DNA of 63,466 nucleotides, counting the filler, from Choristocarpus tenellus KU-1152 (Eukaryota; Protista; Phaeophyceae): the NCBI GenBank assembly GCA_964200185.2. It is 9 parts of 9 records of this genome, joined end to end, with 100 filler letters (N's around TTAATTAATTAA, not from the genome) between each part and the next. Parts side by side here need not be neighbours in the genome. Positions count along the whole stretch, not along the records: positions 35,739 to 39,678 come from CAXNAD020017032.1; positions 39,779 to 45,708 come from CAXNAD020009381.1; positions 45,809 to 51,185 come from CAXNAD020010988.1; 6 more parts are not named here. One strand, 5' to 3'. Of the stretch, positions 36,631-50,500 are shown piece after piece (within the stretch, counting starts at the first letter, position 1; each line of letters starts with the position of its first letter). Below the pieces are notes generated by a model, which was given only the letters and a program-made list of their open reading frames with translations, made no database searches and was not told the origin of the DNA. Both the position numbers and the translations under genes were made by a program.

Positions 36631-38639
36631 ATTTTGCTTCGTGGAGTATGCTACAGTTGAGGAGTCTGCAAAGGCAATACGATCATTGCATGGTCGGAAG
36701 TTGTATGGACGCCCAATCCGTGTGCGTTTCATGAATGCAGAGGGCAGCGGACGAATGGATTACAGGTGTGTGAGCTGTGCCTTTTTCCACTGCTGCTTTT
36801 CCTGGGCTGATTGCAAGGTCGTGGTGTTCACTTGCCATGCACAGCGGTGACTCTGGCAGGTCTTTGCACTACTGTGAGTTGCGGTAGTATGACCTTGAGA
36901 AGATTCTGCCCCTTTAGGGAAGCCCTCCTGTACGAATTTTGAAAGAATAGCGCTTGGCAGTGTGTGTGTGTGTGTGTGTTTACATTCATTACTCTGTTTT
37001 GTGTTCTTTTATGTGAGAATATGTTTGTTTGTTTTTTCGGTTTCGTAGGATTTTTTTTTTTTGAGGAAAACAGCACACACTCTTTTGGTTGTTTTCTGAC
37101 ATAATTGTTGCGGGGGGAGTGTTACGTGTTATTTTTCAGAAGTTTGAGAAAAAGAAAAAAAGCGTACTTCGGTAGTGTTATCAGACACGGCAATGCCGTT
37201 GTTGGAAAGCAATGTTTTTGAGTATCAAGTTTTGAAATAGTTTCGTCATGCATATGCAATTGAAATGTTTTCTGTAGGGTCAGTCTCATGTCGTTGCTGG
37301 ATGGGTCTGCGTGTACCATATTGCAGACCTTTGAGTATGTGCAATTGATTGTCTCCTGAGGACATCTAAATGACAACGTCATCGGACTCTTGTATGCCCC
37401 ATCTTCTGCCGACAACTAATCCTAATAACCGTATCACTCTCCTCTCTACTTGCTCAATCTCCCCAACACTTTCCTGTTCATTCTGTCTTCAGCCCTGATG
37501 AACCTGGGAACAGCAGTGGACCGAAAATACCGCCAGCTAGGGGGGGGGCAGGGGAGGAGATCGGGAAGGGTGTCAGCAAGCTTTCACTTGACAAGAAGGT
37601 AATCATATGTGGACACTCTTGTGAAGCACATTTACTCTTTGATCCCAATTGTTTGCAGTGTAAGGATGGCTTAGCTAATCTGCTATCTTGGAGGTTTGAA
37701 AAAAAAAAATCGTGCTGTTGGCACACATGAGGAAGCAATGGGCGCCTCCCAAGATAAACCAGGGATTTTCATTATTTTTGTTTTGTTCTACCAAATAGAC
37801 TGAGTGATATTGTCCAGAGTGTCTGGTTTAGTTGGGGTAGATGGGGGATACTGAAGTTCTCTCTAGCCTGGAGGGCGTCTGATACGTGCAAGGATCGACT
37901 GCATTCCTTGCTCACGTGTGCAATTGCGCAACTGTCATTGACTTCTTTAATGCCGGTATAGTGCGGGCAGGATCAAATCGTTTGGGTTTCTGATCAGGAC
38001 CTCCTTACAGGAAAATCATTTCAGACCTTTTTAACATCTCAACAGCAAAAAAAAAAAGAACTCGCGTGTAGAAGCTATAATTTCTATGTATTTTTATTTT
38101 TATTTTTAATGCAGCGTGAGAAATCACTTGCGCTTACTATATAGAAGTTTCTGGAAACATTCCATGCAAATCATCACGTGTTTTTTAACCGTCGGAAAAT
38201 GCCACATCAAGTTCAAGTGGTGTTAGAAAAGAAATGCTGAATCAGTCATTGTCCACAGATGTGTGAACAGTGGAAATTGTGTTCTGGTTAATTGCCGAAG
38301 ATGCTCATGGTTGCCCTTTGCTTGCAGGCCTGAACCTCACTCCTCGTTTAGATTTTTTGAATCCCGCGCCTTTCCTCACAGGAGCAGTCATAAACCATAT
38401 CGGTGATTTGTTAGCACTGATATTTTTGAGGTGGTAATGTGTGTGCGATGCTGCACTTCCCATTGGTGTGTATTTGGGACAAAAAGACAAGGTGCTCTCT
38501 CTCTCTCTGACAAAACTATCTAATTTCACCTCTATATACGATTCCTCCATTGTGATGAACTAACATGTATCCCATTTTTGGCTTTTGTGAACAGGTGGCT
38601 CTCTTGAAGCAGAAGCTCAGGGAGGCGAGTAAGCCATAG
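36631..38639 (+). CDS. RRM RNA-binding protein, RBM18-like, 3' exons
   Basis: Exons 36631-36765 (RNP1 FCFVEY...AKAIRSLHGRKLYGRPIRVRF), 37493-37598 and 38595-38639 (LDKK|VALLKQKLREASKP*) join in phase. The 5' exons are not on this contig. Confidence 0.8.
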
Positions 38640-39678
38640 TTGTCAAAATGATGTTCAACACAATGCATACAAGGTTGAATTTGTTGATATCCTGTTTTCT
38701 TTAAACACACTTTGCTTGGTGCTTGGTTCTCACAAGTCACCATGGCGACTTCTTGTAACAGTCCCATGAGGACTCAAGAAATTACGGTGACTCCTCCCCA
38801 GCACACACCCCATTTGGAGCATATCCACATACACATGAGGGATTTGATAGTGTCTTCACAGGTATATGAATCTTTCCTGTCCCTCAATTCCTGAGGGAGT
38901 AGTTTGCATGGAGGATGTATGTCTTTGGATTCCTAAGGTGACTTTCATTACTAGTCTTCTTCATCCTCTCATCTCCCTTTGATGTATGTTGTTGATACAG
39001 ATCTGGATTATATTTTCTTACCAATGTGGTGTAGGTCTTTGATTGCATCCTTGAAGTGTGAGGTGAACAACTCACAAAATCGGATTGTGGCACCTGCACT
39101 ATTTGAGAGCTGCTCATTAACTTCGTAGAGGTTCTTTCATGGTTGGTTATTTCTAGCATTGCCTTGACCCTACCTGTCCTGTCCCTGGTCAGAGTTGCTG
39201 CACATTGCAATAGTACTTACACTTAACATTGTCTCTACTTGTGCTTGCGATCAGTCCAACTACTCATCACTCAACCTCCTCTCTTAAATCTTCTGCAGTA
39301 CTCACCTGGTCAAAATGAAGCCTTGGCACCACGATTCAGGTTTTCCACACCATATTCTGTGGTTTAGGAACAGAGGGGATGTACATATGTCCCTCACAAT
39401 GGTGCAAGCCCTTAGTCAACTGAAATCAAATTTCCTTTGAAAAGAAGGTCTGGCCTCAGCCAGGTTCTAACCAACACATTCCAATGAAGAAAGCTGGTGG
39501 ACAGCCTTTGATCAATATTGCCTGACTTGCAGTAGACCCTTTCGTGTCTTCTTCCATTGTCCTACTGCGCCCTACATACTGGAACATTTCACCTTCTGAT
39601 TCCCCCCCCCCCCCCCCCCCCCCCCACCCCACACAATTTTTCACTACTCTCCTCTTCCTTTTTTTTTTTTTTTTTTGT

Positions 39679-39778
39679 NNNNNNNNNNNNNNNNNNNNNN
39701 NNNNNNNNNNNNNNNNNNNNNNTTAATTAATTAANNNNNNNNNNNNNNNNNNNNNNNNNNNNNNNNNNNNNNNNNNNN
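39679..39778. other. Artificial contig linker
   Basis: N44-TTAATTAATTAA-N44. Confidence 0.99.
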
Positions 39779-40899
39779 ACATGCGCACAAGAGCTGTATA
39801 TAATTGTCAGGCGTTACTACTTTTCACGGTATATGAATACACCCACCTGTAAGCTTTCACCACTCCATACATAAGGTACATGTTGAGTGCCACAAACAGG
39901 AGATATGGGAAGACCAACAACAACACAATGAAGGACAGCCACATTAGCCTGGGGGGGGGGGTATCGACACTTCCTAACAAACACAATAGTCAAAATTACA
40001 TCAAAATATCAACATTGGATTTTGGGCCCCAAAAGGACGCGACTCTACCCTCTAAGATACTTTGACCCCAATATCCTTGTTCCGGACACACCTTTTCGTA
40101 ACGTACACATTTTACTTACTCCAACATATTTTGGAGTAGGAAAATGTCATAAAAAAACACAGGAAATCAAGCCTCAAATGGACAGAGCAAAGCTCGTACC
40201 CTCTAAGATAATTCCACTCTCAGCTGACATATTTTAAGGAGCAAGATATGGTTTCATCAGGCGTTGTCTCAGAAGATCTCCGGTACAAACACCATAGCCT
40301 CAACATTCAATTTATTCTTGCAACTATCCACATTACATTTCCAGTCAGTGTTCACTCTAGTACTATATATATTTGTTCGCCACATGTTTCATTTCGCCAT
40401 TAACTTCATAGATCGTGCCCTCGTCCCTAACAGTACTCCCGTCCACCCAGATCGAAAAGCTTCACAGAGATGGCGGCACCTCTTTCAAAAAGCTCAAGGG
40501 AGGGCGGAGCACCTTTAGGCGCATTGCAAACACAATCATATCCAATAGGTTTGCAGAGGTGGACAATCTGCTCTGTGTCGAACAGGCACCACCCATTGTG
40601 AGTGACACAATAATAGGAGAGTAGTACTACTCTCGTGACAACGGATCCAAGTTGGGATACTGCGAAATGTGTGACATTCTGTCAGGAAGGTTGTGATAGC
40701 ATCCTGAAACGATTCTGCACACGAGTGCACCATATTGTCCATTCGGACTCTGACCAATAATTGATAGGTGCACTTACACTATCCATCCGACACATAAAAC
40801 CAAATCGCTCAAAACTCGCGACAGGGAAAAATGGCCCCCCAATGAACAGCCGTCGCCCCCCCAGATACTTTGAGCAGATAAATATTTGAATCAGTGTTC

Positions 40900-41807
40900 C
40901 CCAAGTCCTTGGATGCTCATGAAGGAAGGGGAAATCCCTTGCGTACTGCAACCATCCGTTTATTCGTCTTCTTTTATGATGCTGCTTGTTGTGAAGGTAA
41001 CCATCAGTAACGATATCATGGTGAGATCAGCAGGAGGAGAAGAAAACTTCAAGCTGTTTTCGCAAACACAACTAAGTCAATGGTTCATGACAGGACCTCA
41101 GGTGTCTCAAGTGTGTTGAAGCATAGGCCACTTTCTCCACCACTGTCCGTAGATGCAGTCCAGTAATGTGAACTAGTGTTGAGTGTTGACTCGTCTACTA
41201 GTAATGGTCTATTAGTGTGTAAGCACCTAGACCGCACGTGTATTGCTCCATGCAGTATGTGATCATGACTTACTCTTGCAGTAATTATAACTAATGTGTA
41301 CTTGATCCCTGGAATGGGTAGATATTCTCCAACATACGAACTCAAGTACGTGATAAACATGGGCTCACTTAGAATTATATTCAGAGCTTTTTATTATTTT
41401 TCCTCGCAAAAGAATTGTCACTGGTATCAAGTTGTATATATTATTTTGCTAGGTATTGCCCCCACTTAGACTTCGAATTCACCCTGCTGTATGTATACCT
41501 GATACACAAGTGGATGAGATATATGCAGAGTTAATATATCCACAACCTTCCTTCACACGGTAACAAGTCTAGTCAGAACATGCATCAATCACTTTCATGA
41601 ACCACAGCGCTGAACAGGCGCTACATTGCAGTATTCCGTCAGCGTCCTCACGGTGCATGTTACAAGATCCATCACATTGAATTCACCAATGCTTCAGTAC
41701 CCAGGTTCAGTGCGCAGGTTCACCTCTTCGTCTACAAGACTTCAAGTCTACACAAAGAACTTTTCACGAGAACCAACGATTCATGCATAATTCAAGGTTT
41801 TACTAAC
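40900..41807 (+). mobile_element. Possible Ty1/Copia 3' relic (RNase H tail plus LTR)
   Basis: HPFIR and DIMVRS...FKLF resemble the Copia RNase H end (HFIR...ADIxTK..F). A TGTTG start at 41114 leads into sequence repeated at 11490-11845. Confidence 0.35.
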
Positions 41808-42087
41808 CTGAGTCCCATAGTATCTTAGAGGGGGGTGGTGTTTAGCCCGGGTTCTCCATTCGGAATTTTAAGGGGTGTTGTATGATACACCATTTTGATG
41901 CCCATTTTGCATGTGTGCTTTCTTTAGATTTGGTTCAGGTAGGGGATTGGAAAAGGAAGGTGCATTCAGGTGAAGGGAAGTGCCCTTACAGCTGACACGT
42001 TCACTCAGATGACATGTAAATCACTACAGGTTCACACCAGCCCTGAATGTACGCCTGACCCCCCCTCGAGGATACTGCGAGACTGAG
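41808..42087. mobile_element. Small TIR element (MITE-like)
   Basis: ctgagtcccatagtatcttagagggggg ... cccccctcgaggatactgcgagactgag form imperfect inverted termini; no clear TSD. Confidence 0.55.
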
Positions 42088-42261
42088 CTTTAGATTCGAA
42101 AGCTCAAGGCTTAACTACTTGAAATTCTGTTTAATGGTTGCGTGACGTGGACACTTACTTCACTAAGTTCATTACCTGAAGCTCCATTCAAATCACCATA
42201 GATTCCTCTTCTGCTATATAAGTTCTACAAAGATGCTCTTGTGAAAACTGGGCCAGCAACT

Positions 42262-42500
42262 GTCAAGGCAATGGCGCACAAGAGGAGACCCCTACTCCTC
42301 GCTGGGTCAGTGGCAAGCACTGGAGATGAGTGACTTCCTCATACAGCTGGAAAACGTAAGCAAGGTGGACAGGAGAAGAATTTATGGAAATGCCTCCAAG
42401 ATGATCTTGAGAGTTTGGGGATTGAGGCTGAGCGTTGGAGCACTGACCAACAGGTTTGTAGCTGACAGCAAAATAAGGTTCATTGCATAGTGGCATTCCA
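42262..42500 (+). mobile_element. Non-LTR retrotransposon (RTE-like) C-terminal relic
   Basis: RRPLLLAGSVASTGDE*LP...GKRKQGGQEKNLWKCLQDDLESLGIEAERW resembles the RTE ORF C-terminus (R..G.V.R...RLP...GKR..GG..K.W.D.L..DL..LGI...W). Confidence 0.6.
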
Positions 42501-42959
42501 CAGAAGCTATGGTAGGTAATTGTGCATCACACCAAAGCAGCTGGTAAGATCGTCCAAGCTACTTACAATACCACCACTCTTGCCTGCTGAATGCTACTTT
42601 CTTCTCATTCTACAATTTCTCTTCTTGCATCCATTGTTCATTTTTTTCTTCTGATCTCGTCTTCCTCATGTTACTCTTATGTGATGGTCTCTTTTTCTGA
42701 TGGACTATATATATATTCTTTTTCTTTTCCTTTCATTGTTCTCCATATAGTCCCTGTTACCCTTTATTATTATGCTGTGTACATTACCTTATTTGTACCT
42801 TATTGACCACAGGTTTGGGGTCCCTCAGACTAATGTGATATTATACTACTAATAAATGATTGACCTTCTCCAGTAAAAAGCGCTATTGATTATTATTCCG
42901 TAGTGCAATTAGTAACTAAGTCTGAGATCCAGCTACAAGATACAATATAGTACCTCATA

Positions 42960-43540
42960 TTCCCTTTGTCCCATAAGTCTGGACCGTTATGTTCTCGCTC
43001 TTCGAGGTGAATTCCGATTACAAAACGGACTTTTGCGTTGGATTCCTTGGAATACGTTTCATAATAAAACTAAATTTCAAATAATTCTGTTCTGAAATGG
43101 TTCCGAAAGAATGCAACACAGAATGGGGCATATTCTAATCCCTACTTAATGTTCCTGCTGCAGTGTGGGACCAGACAACACTCTAACAAACCCCATGGTG
43201 AGCCCCCACAGCCTGTCCTCCCCGGCACAAAGCTCACTGTCTCAGGGAAATAACTGTGAGCTGACTGAGGAAGGTCGGACCCCACTTGCTCTGTGTTACG
43301 CATTGTCTCTTCCTCTGGTTCACAAGAGGCTCCCGAGGAGTGTGGGGTCTAAATTGGTGAGGGAGTTTAATTTGGGAGAGAGACACCCTAGACGGGTGTG
43401 GGTGCGAGTCAAAGAACAGACAGGGGGAATACCATCTCCCTGAAATCACAAGCACTATTCAGACGGCTGTTGTACTTTACGTCAACAAACAAGCAAGGAT
43501 CTGGGACATCGACGCCAGTAACCACACACTGACTATTCAC
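42960..43540 (+). mobile_element. Mariner copy 4: left TIR plus transposase N-terminus (same family as copy 2)
   Basis: TA then ttccctttgtcccataagtctggacc matches the 16503 terminus over more than 100 bp. ELTEEGRTPLALCYALSLP...GSKLVREFNLGERHPRRVW aligns with ORF 17696-18043. Confidence 0.88.
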
Positions 43541-45708
43541 CACATATTGTATTCATGACACTGGGCGTACATACACTCTCCTCACTCATTGATCAATGAA
43601 ATAACGCATTTTGAGTATACTAATCGTCATCTGTGCCTTCTCATCATACGCCATTGTGACACATACTCTTGACTCAGCATGCAGGTCCTTTAGCCGTTAG
43701 CAGGTAGGACAACATTCCCATGTGTGCATTAAGCACACTTCCTTCAGTGCCACCTTGTTTCTTTTGTACTATTAATATAATATTTGAACAATGATGACAG
43801 TCAGACTGTCATCATTGCTCAACTCCTAGCAGCACTTTCTTGTGACGGTACTTTTGACCTCATTGAGACTTCTTGTTTCAAACAACACAATGAAAACCCC
43901 TCTTGATTTCTCTTCACTCAAATATTTCAAAGAGAAATACCCAGAAAAAAAGAAAAACCAGCGTGTCAAACCGTTCTGTGTTGACCTCTACCCTCTGCTG
44001 CCCCACAAAACTACATTACCACACCCTCACCCACAACAAAGTGCCCTTTCTGCAGCCAGCTGAATGAAAAGATCCACCACCAGCACATCATGGCCTCTTT
44101 TTTGTCTTCCAAAATGAACAAACAGCAACTAGAGGAACATGCTGTCACCCAAACTCATTGTCATACAGAACTCATCACTCCAGTATTAAAAAAAACAATT
44201 GAATCATGACTGTTCACCACAAAAAGAGAATGAGACACATACCACACACATAACATACAAACACAAACAAACGAATAAACAGACAAGCACACACAAAACA
44301 GAATCGCCATTATCTCGACTCAATATCTCACATTGTCCAACAAAGTATCCTTCATGATGACAAAAAAGATACAGCACCATTCCCACCATGGCACTTCCCC
44401 CCATTACCCTGTGGATCAAAGGGGGGGAAGGGTCACATCTCCATGTTCTTAACTCCCTCTTCTCTCTCTTGTCCCTCACCAGATATTCAATCTTTCCATT
44501 GCTGCTGATAGTGATTTCCAACAGACAACCCACAGGCAATATCGTATCATATTGCTGCAGTCTATCCATGCTGGACATCCTACCTCAGTCCATTTCACCC
44601 AGAGTTGAACAGGTGCAACAGCCTACAGACTACACTGGTCCCACACCACCAGCACCCCACCTCTATAATATAAATGTATCACAAGCGACAGATCAACATG
44701 CATGTCTGTAGCCATGCTTGCCAGTGTAGATGAGTGACACAAATCCACCTGATACCTTTTTCAAGCAAAATCAAGACACCAAAGAGTGACCAGACATACA
44801 CAACTTCAGCCCAAGAAGGCATGCACGCGAGCACAAAGCCAAGCCCTCCACTTCTTAACCAAGATAGGTGGTCAACTGTTGCCTGATCCAAGGCTGTACA
44901 ATGTATACAGTGATCCTGAACAGCAGCTCCCCATCACCATGATCATGATCCCCACAATTACACTGGCATCCAGCCACAGCAACATGTAGTCGTGGCATCC
45001 TGAGGCCAGAAACGTACAAACTCCGCCTTTACCCCCATCCCTCCCTTCCCCCGCCTCTTACCACTATAACATACTGTACCTTCTTCAAGATCTTGACTTC
45101 GGCTGTGAGAGGATGAAATCAGTTCAAGGGACACACAGCACACAACAATAAAAGGTTGACGACAATCAACTTGAGTTGACACCTCATTCAGTATATATCC
45201 TTGCATTTTGTCAATCATGACTAGAAACATGACTAGAAAAGACCACTTCGAAAAAGACACTCCAGCAGGGCAAACCTGGGCTACACATATACCCACTAAC
45301 TCATTCCATTTCCAGGCAAAGTGTACCCAAGACGCTCATCCAATCAGAATCTACAATGCACAGTACATTCCCTGCATGTCCTACTCGGTGTGCCCATAGA
45401 TGTTCGCAGCAAAGTCTACACCTTGAAAGTTACACAAGCCAAGAACTTAATAATATTATAATGAGGCATATACCTACTTCAGAGTTGCACAGATAAGGAG
45501 GCTTCAAGTTTTACTCTGTATCACATTACAAACAAGTTTTTTTTTTTACAATCCACCGGTTTAAATTTTTTATTAATTGTACACAAGCTGCAAGCAGTGT
45601 TTATACTTCTGCTCACACAACCTAACATGTGCCCCCCCCACCCCACCACCCAATATTCTCGTCTCATAAATCTTGCCTTCCAAATTCTAAATAAAAAGCC
45701 AAAAGCAA

Positions 45709-45808
45709 NNNNNNNNNNNNNNNNNNNNNNNNNNNNNNNNNNNNNNNNNNNNTTAATTAATTAANNNNNNNNNNNNNNNNNNNNNNNNNNNNNNNNNNNN
45801 NNNNNNNN
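45709..45808. other. Artificial contig linker
   Basis: N44-TTAATTAATTAA-N44. Confidence 0.99.
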
Positions 45809-45948
45809 AGAGGGTTGTGTGGAAGAAAGATGAATGGCTTTGGTTTGAAGTGAGCGAGGGGGGATGGAAATCTGTCGCCAGGGTCGGAACATGATGAGGC
45901 CTTCAATGCGGTCTAAACTAAGGACGTCTAAGTTTTTTTCTTGCAAAC

Positions 45949-48900
45949 CTGGTGATATCAAGGAGGCACAACGCAATTTCCCAGTTGACCAGTAGACCAG
46001 CTGTGGCACGATTGGGTCCAGCCTGTGCCAAGACATTTTCGACAGTCTTGGCGGCATAGTATTGCACCCCCTCGCATCCTGAGTCACGCAGACACTGCAT
46101 CACTGCAGACGTAACTGTTGAAGGCATATGCCACTCCACACCCCTTGGACTGCTTGCATTGCCTCGACTTCTTTTCCCTCCCTCTGCTCCCGGGCTTGCC
46201 GTTCCAATTTCTGCACCATCCTGAGTTGAAATGTAGAACAGAAGCTCTCCCAAAGCAGCCATGGCGTTCCTTCGGAGATGTGCACCCTCAGGGTGGCCAG
46301 GCGTGGGTCCTTCCATCACAGCAGCTACAAGTGCAGTCATAAGTCCACCGTTGCTATCGTTCTCCTCGGTTATCCTACAGCCTTCCTGCTTAGTGGAAAC
46401 CCCCTGTGGACTGCAGTTCCTGCCGCGACTCACCACAGGCACCTGTGCAGCCTTTGGGGAGATGTACGTAGCATGCCTCACCAGCACCCCAATGAATGCA
46501 GACACTCTGGCTTGCAGTGTTGGTGGACGAGATCTGCGCATCATCCTGGACGACCAAAGGAGTTGCACAAGAGGCGTTGGTAACACAAGCTACTACCTAA
46601 TCTATCAAATTCAGGGAGCTGGGTAGGGGTACCATTTTTCCTCGAACCAATGCGGTGCTCTTACCCTTCAGACAGACCCTGAAGTTTTGGAGAGTCTGTT
46701 AAAATGTAACTGCTACGAACTTCTGCGATGTCTTCAACAACGAGGCCTGCTGATGGGGTTGCACATTTAGGCATTCTCACCTGAGCAGCAACAGTAAGAA
46801 AGTGGAATTGACCAAGAGATTGGCCACCGCTGGCTCTAGAACCAGAGTATGCAGGTATCCAACCATCTGGACTTTCTCATGAGGATTTGTCGCAGTGCTT
46901 GACAGTGCCGTATACACCTTGGTCAGGAAGGTCTCCAGCTCGAGTTGTGACATGTCGGATACCGCACTCAAAGGGTGGGCTTCAAAAGGCAACGCCTCAG
47001 ACACATACATGATTGGTGATTGCACCTCTATGGTCTCATTACCTGCAATTGGTGTCACCTGGTTCAAGCAACATCAAAGAACAAGGGTCGAGATGCAGCA
47101 TTAGCATTCACGTATATGGCAAGTACCACACAACACTCATGTTTTTTGTTTTGTTTCTTGGACATAGGGTTAGGGTTAGTAGCATCACTCACTGTGGATA
47201 TTTGTACAACATCAGTACACATTTTGCCCCTCCCCCCATCCTCCTACAACATCAACCACCCTGCGGCGGGATCGCTTGCCCCTCTTCCTGACCTGTGCGT
47301 CGCTGGTGTGTATTAGAAGATCTCTCACATCAACCTGTGCTGTACGCAAGTGCTTCACCCACAGTGGATCCTCTCCACTCTCCCCTTCCCACACCATTCT
47401 GGCAATTGATGTGTGCCACCCACCATGGGGGCTGCCTCTGCCCCCAACATACGGTAACGTTGAATTCCCCTTCGCCACTACCCTCGGGTGATTTGCTGTG
47501 GTCAAGCTATCAATAGCATTCGGTCGCTTGTCTGTAGCATGAGTGCCATGCTTCTTTGATGAACAAGGTGATCCGTCCGGGACAGACTTGTCTCCCGCTC
47601 GTGCTGAGACAGGAATACCTTCCCCTGCAACAACCAGGGTCGACTCCGGAGATACTGGAGGCGATCCCCGGTCACGAGGAGATCCACCTTCCGCTATGGG
47701 TGAAGGTTTACCCGAAGACAAGCCCACCAGGCCTCTCATGTCTCCTTGTCCTGATTCAGATGCGCACTCTGTTCCACAGAATGAACTCAAGCCAGACTCA
47801 GACTCAGACCCAGAACCACAACACGAATCGGGAACAGGTCCAGACCCGGATTGACAGTTCGATCCGTGACCGCTGGCAGGCTTACGTTGCACAGCCGACC
47901 TAGGATGATAGGGATCGGGATATTTAGGTTCAATGTCTTCTATGCAGGTCTCCTCTTGGCTGAAACCAACTTCTGTCACACTCTTGTCACGATCTTCCCG
48001 ATGGGCTCCATCCCGTTGGTCTGCAGATGGTGGGCCTTCCTCATGAGACGTGCTGCATGTTGCAGTATCCCTTTGGGAGGAGATAGCACCAGTTGCAACA
48101 ACTGCGGCCATGCTCCTGGAAGGTGACTTTCTCGGGTTCGGCCGCTTCTTGCTCTGCACATCTCTCTCAAGTACACTATTTTGTGTGTAGGTTGGGACCC
48201 TTTGCAGGTCGCTCCCCCGTCCTTGACGGTGTGATGCACTAACACTGTCAAATGCAGGCGCAGCAATACCTCCTTGATCATCCTCTGCGCAAAGGATCAA
48301 GTCGAGCTGCATATCTGCATCTTCTACAATAACTCTTTTCAAGGATGTGTCTCCATGGTCCAGTTTGACCTTGTCCTCCAAACCTCCCCCACAAAGCGTT
48401 TCTGTAGCACTGAGACATGTCACCTTGCTGTACTTTGAGCAGCCCTCAAGAGCTGCTGCACTTTGGACAGGGCCAGCCTTTGAGAATGCCCCCCCAACCC
48501 CTTCTCTCCTGCCAGGAGCCCTGGTCCTCATCTCAATCCTTGAGAGTTCTTCGTCTTTGCACCCCTTACTTCCTTGTTGAGGTTCCACTAATGCCCTTGC
48601 TTGGTTCAAAAGGGGCTGAGTAGGCATGGGCATGGGGGAGGGTGTTTGACAGGTGCCCCAAAAGGCGTGAGACAAAAGTTGTGACCAGGTTGGCCTCCGT
48701 AGGGGGTCCTTGGCAAGCAACCAACGCACCAGCTGGCTAAAGTCATGCCCGATCTTGGTTCCCTTCCACTCCCCTTGGTCAAGACCTGGCGGGTCCTGCA
48801 AAGGCAACCATATCCAGGGGACATCAGCTAAGGAGTTAAAGGATGATGATCTCTAGATCGACTGCAGAGCTGAACTGGAGTAAATGTGGCTATGGTATAA

Positions 48901-50500
48901 GGAGAGGTGGTGGGGAGTTGATCAGGGTGCGGAGGCATGGCAATGGGAGGGTTGGTGGGGAGTTGATCAGGGTGCGGAGGCATGGCAATGGGAGGGTTGG
49001 TGGGGGTAGGAGCATCAACTCGAAGTTGCAAAATGGGCAAGTTAAGAATCCCCCCAGGATATGACACAATTGCTTATTCAATTCCTAATGAAGAAATCAC
49101 ATTGCCATGGACATAGGTGATTGGGTCCTCTTGATTCCTCATCTGTTCAACTATTTTTACTCTCCTTGACCCCTACTACAAAATGGGTATTAATCAAACT
49201 TTTCATATTCAAGCAGCCCGCAACTCCTTTCCTAGGGGAAAAAGAGGAATGCAGCGATAATCAGCATTATCCCTTACATCTTCAAGTATCTGCTCAATGA
49301 GGTCATCAAGACTTTCAGCCATGAAAGGCGGCTGTCCAGTGAGCAACTCAAAGAGCATACAGCCAATGGACCAAAAGTCGCTGGCAAAGCTTGGTGTTCC
49401 ACATTTAGAGAACAATTCAGGAGCCATGTACGTTGGTGTGCCCCTCCTCTGGAACGTTGATTTGAAGCCCTCCACACTATCTCCACCCTGCAACTGCTTG
49501 TCTAGCTCCTTAGCATTACTGCAATTACCATGGCCGTTGCCATTGCTTAGAACCTCTGTGGGTATCTTACATGCCAGTCCAAACCCACTGAGTTTGAGAA
49601 TCCCGTACTCATCGACAAGGATGTTTGATGGTTTCAAGTCCCTGTGAAGAAAACCGCAGGCGTGCGTCTGCTGAAGGCCGGCAAGCATGTCCACTCCAAA
49701 GAGGCGGACAGATGACTCTGGCTCTCGCTTGTCCTAAAAACACGTGGGATAGCAAGTATGGTGTAGGATTGAGCTGAATGCGGCTTGCACAGCAAGTACC
49801 TACCAGTCTTTATTGCAGCAGCCCCATGCAAAGAGGTCGAGTAGAGGATAAGGACATGCATGATACAAGTGGGAAGAGCTAGTACCTGAGCTACATCTCA
49901 ACACTTCCCCTGCAATGTAATGATGAGGAAAGGAACAGGTCAACCATCGACAAAATTGCACAAAAGGTTGCAAGTCATCCTTTTCTCTCCCTACCGTGCA
50001 TCCATGCGATGCCCATGCGTGTTCGTGTAGTCTTACCTGCTTTATGAGCGTGAGAAGGTCGCCGCCCGTACAGTATTCGAGAATGAGCCATACATTATTT
50101 CGTGTCTCGTACCAGTCGTAGAACTTGAGAACATTCGGACTACTGAGTCGATGGATGACCTAATTATCCGAGGATATGTGTGACAGAAGAGGAGAAGCTA
50201 CCCATAAGTATTGATTCACCAAGGCCACTCTGGCATTGATTGTTCTTTCAACAAGGAAAATAACACAGAAGCTGTTGACAGCCATGAACCTCAGCTACTT
50301 GTGCTTGTTCAACAGAGATCCATGACACGCTGAAGGGATTCGGTAACCCTCCCCACCTGTACTTCGTTGACGACTTGCGTCATCATTCCCTTGCGAATAC
50401 GTTTGATAGCTACATACTCGATTCCCATTTTCTCTCGACCCTTGAAGACCTGAGAGTGCTGACCCGACCCCACCTCCTCATAGATGTGATACTTGTCCAT
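45949..50500 (-). CDS. ULK4: ULK4/RUNKEL-like (pseudo)kinase with ARM/HEAT region, 5' part
   Basis: Exons 50500-50357 (MDKYHIYEEVGSGQHSQVFKGREK..EYVAIK), 50159-50037 (LKFYDWYETRNNVWLILEYCTGGDL), 49733-49278 (HRDLKPSNILVD..KLSGFGLA..RGTPTYMAPE), 48795-47293, 47058-46781 and 46545-45949 (IGVLVRHATYI; RRNAMAALGELLFYISTQ; YAAKTVENV). All in phase. Confidence 0.93.
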
